Virus record (IMG/VR): IMGVR_UViG_3300005605_000002
Span: 844-64,843 of that record
DNA: 64,000 bases
DNA from: a virus
Taxonomy: Duplodnaviria; Caudoviricetes
Direction: 5' to 3' (one strand)
Positions 61,601 through 64,000 of the stretch are shown here, piece after piece. A program made the translations under genes and the position numbers. The notes beneath the pieces are model-generated. The model searched no databases. It had not been told where the DNA came from and saw nothing but the letters and a program-made list of their open reading frames with translations. The number at the start of each line of letters is the position of its first letter. Position 1 is the stretch's first letter.

Positions 61601-64000
61601 TAACAAATCCTGCTGTAGGAATATAATCTTCTACTCTATATTTTGTTGGAAAAGGTTTGTGTGTATAGTTGTTAGGTTTAAGATAAACTTCAAACGGTCT
61701 TTGTCTATAAATTAAATCAGTTTCTGCTCCTGAAACCGTATCTACTAACTCAAGTGGTTGTGGACTTAATTTAAATTTTGCTTCATCTAACTTAAATTCA
61801 ATTTCATCAAAGCCGTCTGAAGATCCGTATTGGCCTAATTTAACTGCCCACTCTTCATAAAATTCAATACTATCTTTATCAGAACTACTTAATGCATCAA
61901 ATAATTTTGTTAAACTATTCTTTGTACCTTTATCTTGGATAAACCCTTGATAAAATTTATATTGACTAACATCGTCATTTATAATATTACTAAGATACTT
62001 TCTCTTTTGATATCCAATTAAATGTTGTGCTATTCTTTGTTGATTTGTATCAAAGTTATCGGTATCTAAATCATAATAGTCTTTAAATTGTTTCGCTTTA
62101 TAATCTAGATTAGGCATTAGTTCTGATGTTGGTTTTTCATCTAATCTTACCCAGCTTTCTGCTTCAAAACTTTCTGTTCCTGGAATATGTATTCTAGCAA
62201 CATAATAAAATTCTTTATATTGTACTGTATCACCAATATCATAATCTTGGTAGGATTGCCATTCAGTACAAATAGCATTATCAAAAACAAATCCTGGAAT
62301 ATTTAATGTGCCATTCCAGTCATCTGTTCTATAACCTAGAACTTTAATTCTTTCTTGCCTATATCCTGGTTCTAAATCGTAAATAATATCACTAAAAACT
62401 GTATAGTTGTCTATTAAAACAATATGCTCTTTTTGTAATAACGGTAGTTGTACAAAATACACACCGTCAGCACCATTAGTTGTTAGCTGGAACTCATTAT
62501 CATTGTTTCTATAAACATTAACAGACTCAGGTAATAATTTTCGACCATCTGCTTTTAAAAGTGAATAGTCATAAAAGTTACCAAATATATTATCTGAAGC
62601 ATAAAGATCTCTTTTAAATTTTAATTTATTTGCGCCAGGACTTAATGTTATAATACTACTAGCATTCCAGTTTTGTGTAGCCCAAAATAAAAATTCTTTA
62701 CTACTTAACTGCCAATTTTCAACAGCATTAATATCTCTATTAAAATAATTAAAATCAAATCCTTGTGCAATGAGATAATTCTCATAACCTAATAAAAAGT
62801 CAACTACTTCTTGAACTGATCTATATAAATGTCCATATGATAATTCTGCTGTAACTGTAGTATCAAATTCACTTCTAAAGATTGCTGATTTACCACCAGT
62901 AATAGGAAGTTCAACTAATTTAGCAAAGCTATCGCTACTAAAAGTATCATCACTAAAGTGTTGTGTCTTAACTCTATAAAATTCATTATTAAATGATACT
63001 GTTTGTCCTTGTATGTATGTTTGTCCAGCTTTCCATACAACAAAACTATCACTAACTCCACCGATTATTTCAACTCGGTCACCTTGTCTTTCAAAATGCT
63101 TATAATATTTAAAATAAGGATTATTTTTATTATACCCTTTTACAATAAATCCTGCCGGTTGTTTCTCAATAATAACACCACTATAACTTACAAGATCAAC
63201 AACTGAACTTGTATTTAAAAATATTTTATAGTTTTCATCAGGAATAAAAACATTCCCTTCATTATAAGGAGTTCTACTATCTAGAATTAATTTAAATTTA
63301 GATTTTTCTGTAAATCCTGCAACTTTAAATCCTAATTGATTTCTTACAGCTTTTAAATGTTTCTTATAAGTTGTGTAAGATGTTAAAGTACGTGATCCAA
63401 TATAATTAGCAATATAATTAACAATACCTGATGTACTAACTCTAGATGTATCAGCGTGTGTACTTGGGAAAATTAAATCTTCTAGTCTAATTCTTTTAGA
63501 CGTTTCGCTATACACAAGTTCTTTAGCTGAGTTTCTTATAATTCTTGATCTATCAAACCCTAATCCCATAACCTTAGTCGGTTGATTAAGAATCCAGCTT
63601 AATAAAAATGCAAATGGATATTCACTACTTCTACGCCATGCTGTTTCAGTTGGTGCTTCATCACCAAAATCAAAAGGAGCTTGTGTTAAGGTAAGAATAT
63701 AATTTTTAGCAAAATTACTATCTAATGGACTTAGTAACTTACCTTCACCGTCAACTGGTATGTGTTTTGTAATATCTTTTCTAGCATACGCTGTAAGATA
63801 TTGTAATGATTTACCTGGTTCTCTAATTACTCCGTCTTCAACATCCTGCCATAAAATTTTATTTTCACTAGTATATGGTGCTGGTCCATATACAGTTGTC
63901 CACCATGTAGGACATAAAGAATATCCTAACATTTCCCACGGATGTGAATGTGGGCGATCAGTATCATACGCTTCTTTATAAATTGCTCTCCAGTATCCTG
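52632..64000 (-). CDS. giant baseplate wedge/structural protein (5'-partial, >3,780 aa)
   Basis: Frame stays open to the window edge (..GYWRAIYKEAYDTDRPHSHPWEMLG..); FG-GAP-like, GxGY and FxGDGxT repeats. Confidence 0.8.
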   Translation of the reverse strand, partial: GYWRAIYKEAYDTDRPHSHPWEMLGYSLCPTWWTTVYGPAPYTSENKILWQDVEDGVIREPGKSLQYLTAYARKDITKHIPVDGEGKLLSPLDSNFAKNYILTLTQAPFDFGDEAPTETAWRRSSEYPFAFLLSWILNQPTKVMGLGFDRSRIIRNSAKELVYSETSKRIRLEDLIFPSTHADTSRVSTSGIVNYIANYIGSRTLTSYTTYKKHLKAVRNQLGFKVAGFTEKSKFKLILDSRTPYNEGNVFIPDENYKIFLNTSSVVDLVSYSGVIIEKQPAGFIVKGYNKNNPYFKYYKHFERQGDRVEIIGGVSDSFVVWKAGQTYIQGQTVSFNNEFYRVKTQHFSDDTFSSDSFAKLVELPITGGKSAIFRSEFDTTVTAELSYGHLYRSVQEVVDFLLGYENYLIAQGFDFNYFNRDINAVENWQLSSKEFLFWATQNWNASSIITLSPGANKLKFKRDLYASDNIFGNFYDYSLLKADGRKLLPESVNVYRNNDNEFQLTTNGADGVYFVQLPLLQKEHIVLIDNYTVFSDIIYDLEPGYRQERIKVLGYRTDDWNGTLNIPGFVFDNAICTEWQSYQDYDIGDTVQYKEFYYVARIHIPGTESFEAESWVRLDEKPTSELMPNLDYKAKQFKDYYDLDTDNFDTNQQRIAQHLIGYQKRKYLSNIINDDVSQYKFYQGFIQDKGTKNSLTKLFDALSSSDKDSIEFYEEWAVKLGQYGSSDGFDEIEFKLDEAKFKLSPQPLELVDTVSGAETDLIYRQRPFEVYLKPNNYTHKPFPTKYRVEDYIPTAGFVNEADVKLTVATYDDILSQSITDLNVGDYIWVGLRGVTWDVVKYVSTTDRVLVVTSDDDAGTTTFKLNTQARYTVNEIIGVLDVTGAEKFFKVKEVSLDNLICYQNGTTADVETANGFITQFTSSRVTNLTEANSKVLNTELKAGELIWVDDDDSSRWIVLQNTPVYSSHQILSNPETADYPGDGFGKVIASNDRNTILVVAAETKEKVYVYLRASDNVNYNLSQEILAPTDLYSGTGNFGSSLALTDDGDYLVIGAPNASNVKTKFKGAFNIGTSYVTTDVVSHLETYWEAQYPITGSTGALTFPSFYSTAVLHDANYNTGTNSYPPIVYAIRGDYNLEVSTTHILVRAPITQFAGSAAGDTIQLNWNQYSQNYPSGVLPWGSTGPGVSAVEGSKTITSKIDQILYVDNLIRIPVVGDSLSSSSALGEVSYIRISDTNKAIIYMENVSGQFDTSDTIFLNANSCGTYTLINPTDASGTFGGWWKIDGLPAFTTSLLASAQDITIPNLIMQDYITQAESRSPVPFSNTMDEVYALNQISDPTKGGRLGHLSYYDKNGLPNLSELWFLRSPKLFTDTANNGDTFNIRVNTIKGGVDPISVFDPASLGLTFTYLNDSSHQIFDIWSGFIDVTFTNFDLSGNAYIPLEGEIIVDDNTGATAEVVYIQEQLLTARLYVKNRVGTFSFGVNNGATSTISIKDRISAGVNRLSGRLDHADMDSATTGKMVVVKNDDSTQFPVTASTFQNELEVHFYSSSTVTGIARTPNYPHPLNKDWKQFYNIPTHSAGTPGAYTNEGMYCTYNRTRDGQYSFQYGYIVPDRGSNKYLGKQISFATKDKYHRLYISTNDINSIGNAGRVYFINHGTDADGNTFTFALGKDKNYKGTFSDSQIYYENDIVLYAGLFYQSRTNLSAGAWNSTLWTLLSSHIDYVGYIPNDTGLGVDSETVIDRTLLTNFAQPFTTNKTGDILGVVAKFTGSTTEVIIYRDVNGHYEFSQAIQTPTANIGFATSIAISDDGSLLAIGCPLDDTVENDNGVVYIYKQVGGEYTLLQTLYSPESDVAERFGASLDFDNNNLVVTAKGGDLIATTTFDANTTVATTLDNNLTQFKNKNEDSGQVLMFQRFNDTLIYSERFVYDNPTTRRFGDNVLFKNNHVYVSMPELTVTPTNNNMGTILDFKRDRNKLSWTTLRTPIDQVDITKYKGIFIYNTETQKLTKQIDYIDPIQGKIAGTAEEELSFKTFYDPAIYTKGVSPAVVDEGNFWGDEYVGKLWWDLSTVKYHNPYQGNIIYQTANWNRLFTGASIDIYEWIETTIKPSQWLEEADTEEGLAKGISGTPKYDDNTLVVAQVFDKVGQSFSNKYYYWVKNRKFIPAKEFRKTSAFDVAQLIEDPQSQGYQYIAPFSNNRFALYNCLNLVSGDSSAINFRYWTIDNPTNIHNEYQLISDGLATSKPKKELENKWFDSLIGWDPNFRLVPDDTLSVKEKYGILNTPRQTMFVNRLEAVKQFIERVNTTLAKYIIVDEFDLSKLQLLEALPTSNSGLFDATVDTYEELRFVGTAKVKQAVLTPTWENGGLVNVTITDPGRGYKVPPSYEFLMSGPGTGADITLTIDNLGKIDSAIIKYAGKDYPSTAKISVRKFSALVKADETVENKWSIFAYDTSTLLWNRTSSQSYDVTKYWNYKDWYAEGYSWATDFTHLIDESYQLTALDDRIGDIIKIKTVGSGGWLLLRKTSNAVAVDYTTNYTTIGRENGTIQFATSLYNYQGWYIGYDSLSYDTSDYDNQPVQEFRILLEALRDDIFIDDLAIEYNKLFFASLRYAFSEQLYVDWAFKSSFLKAKHNIGDLSQKINFQNDNLSSYQDFINEAKPYKTKVREYLSSYTKLNPTNSAITDFDLPPAYTQEDGRIVPSTLRVTDNALVGVDPGLAVYPNKYWADNIGYEVTALLIKNGGTGYLEVPVVTLSGGGGTGAKAQAYIGAGGAITWIKMTNVGTGYLSAPTVTIEGTQSEGSTAAIVNAKLGNGKVRSNHIISKYDRVSGTFLITTLTQSETFTGNASEINFNLTWPMDLRPSQITVTVNSIESLTSEYTFANIIDTTKTYTRYKGRITFTEPPVNNATIVVQYSKAIDMLHAQDRINLFYAPTSGMLGNDIAQLVDGIDYGGVEVKSFSFSGGSGWSSEPYYTSTWDTYDNTYEDEVFQLDGSTNVFTLANPLEDGVTYNVYKNGVRVDDPQWDGSSIGVTGNPNAVMASIVGDGIATTITINEELIPTVDGDTIIFRKSTSDGSFIPDPDAYDTLLQGGDLAYTSAKGILSEEIVVDGDGFVTELTSKGPEELVPGQILDTVDFKVFDRTSDGSSIISSHNYTGDAVTTDFPVTKLPASQQDIFVKVDGTILDTTQYTVNYQTKKINITTTPGDGSPVHISTMSNNGEKIIDFDRFIGDGSTSQFVTSVLYKPGLSYTLTVDGEVIVSTLAETDSTYEHEGRVVFKLGTVPNNGAIVEYVIYDSTTKTFSQMTTDSFTGNAINKKFELAQVPFTSEPTSQNIVVKLGNQILNAGYNEQYTVVSQREYQLRQWQISTATVSAENVKAFLNGVELAQGTTYRWDSFNGSVVLFENTGKIGDKLEIFVIDSGDYQMGYFDSETSLFVKTPNEVYLDTAPANGDLLTIYQFSKHDVRKIERESFDIVARNAVTLGTDSYVEYHQLTKGIIRLREEAFDAEYVWVTLNKVLLTPSIEYYVTDDKKHIRIVVDINPNDKIEVIHFTNNVIVPKFGFRIFKDMLNRTHYKRLGDNNKYTLAEDLNWSDSKIFVTNYESLPAPNKDKGIPGILFINGERIEYYLKENGAIRQLRRGTLGTGIAELHKAGSDVFDQSLMQTMPYKDETLTQVFDADGSTKGITVDFIPKSVNDFEIFVAGKRLRKTAISSFDVTSDLDSPEGDITLPAEFSVDGTTSTVTLLDTPAINSKIVVIRRIGRTWTESGIPLHRQENNIARFLRSQEVTLPK

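Noticed and set aside
63930-63932. ATG given as the start of the 3766 aa ORF
   Set aside because: Frame is open to the window edge, so the true start is outside the window
52675-63981. Plus-strand ORFs inside the giant structural gene
   Set aside because: Antisense shadows expected from codon bias of the real gene
1-64000. tRNA, rRNA, CRISPR array, integrase/transposase, intron or intein
   Set aside because: Intergenic gaps are short; no cloverleaf, repeat-spacer pattern, recombinase or splicing motif seen by eye (tRNAscan/Infernal not run)
1-64000. Stop-codon reassignment or selenocysteine recoding
   Set aside because: Genes are full length under the standard code, and TAA, TAG and TGA all end genes at coupled junctions
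1-64000. Cellular (bacterial) origin suggested by the many metabolic genes
   Set aside because: T4-type RNase H, tail fibres, giant baseplate-like gene, late-like promoters and absence of housekeeping operons indicate a phage

Overview
AT-rich, gene-dense segment of a large tailed dsDNA phage, probably a myovirus-like or jumbo phage of aquatic origin (inferred from gene content). Standard genetic code; no tRNA, rRNA, CRISPR array or mobile element was recognised. Layout: (1) 0.1-15.8 kb, + strand, behind near-consensus sigma70 promoters: a 7-deazaguanine module (QueD-like, FolE, QueE) mixed with a GT-B glycosyltransferase, 2OG-Fe(II) oxygenase, PRTase, HIT and SGNH-like genes, then a T4-type RNase H/5'-3' exonuclease and a MoxR-type AAA+ ATPase with a vWA-metallopeptidase partner. 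(2) 15.9-17.2 kb: a tail-fibre-like gene. (3) 17.2-45.6 kb: a roughly 28 kb enzyme island with nine radical SAM genes, three AspH/2OG-like hydroxylases, a QueC-like PP-loop ATPase, PLP enzyme, GNAT, methyltransferase, two kinase-like proteins, four or five glycosyltransferases, two nucleotide-sugar dehydrogenases, two SGNH proteins, a fatty-acid desaturase and an FTR1 iron permease. It is organised in divergent and convergent units with TAAATA late-like promoters. (4) 45.7-64 kb, - strand: virion genes, including three paralogous tail fibres and a >3,780 aa baseplate-like protein that runs off the window edge. The best candidate for an undescribed system is the late-expressed, iron-dependent radical SAM/glycosylation island between structural genes. 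Notable non-coding signals are a mirror-symmetric bidirectional promoter, a palindrome encoding the C-termini of two convergent paralogs, and a possible SD-sequestering mini-pseudoknot ahead of folE. All product calls come from motif reading, not database searches.
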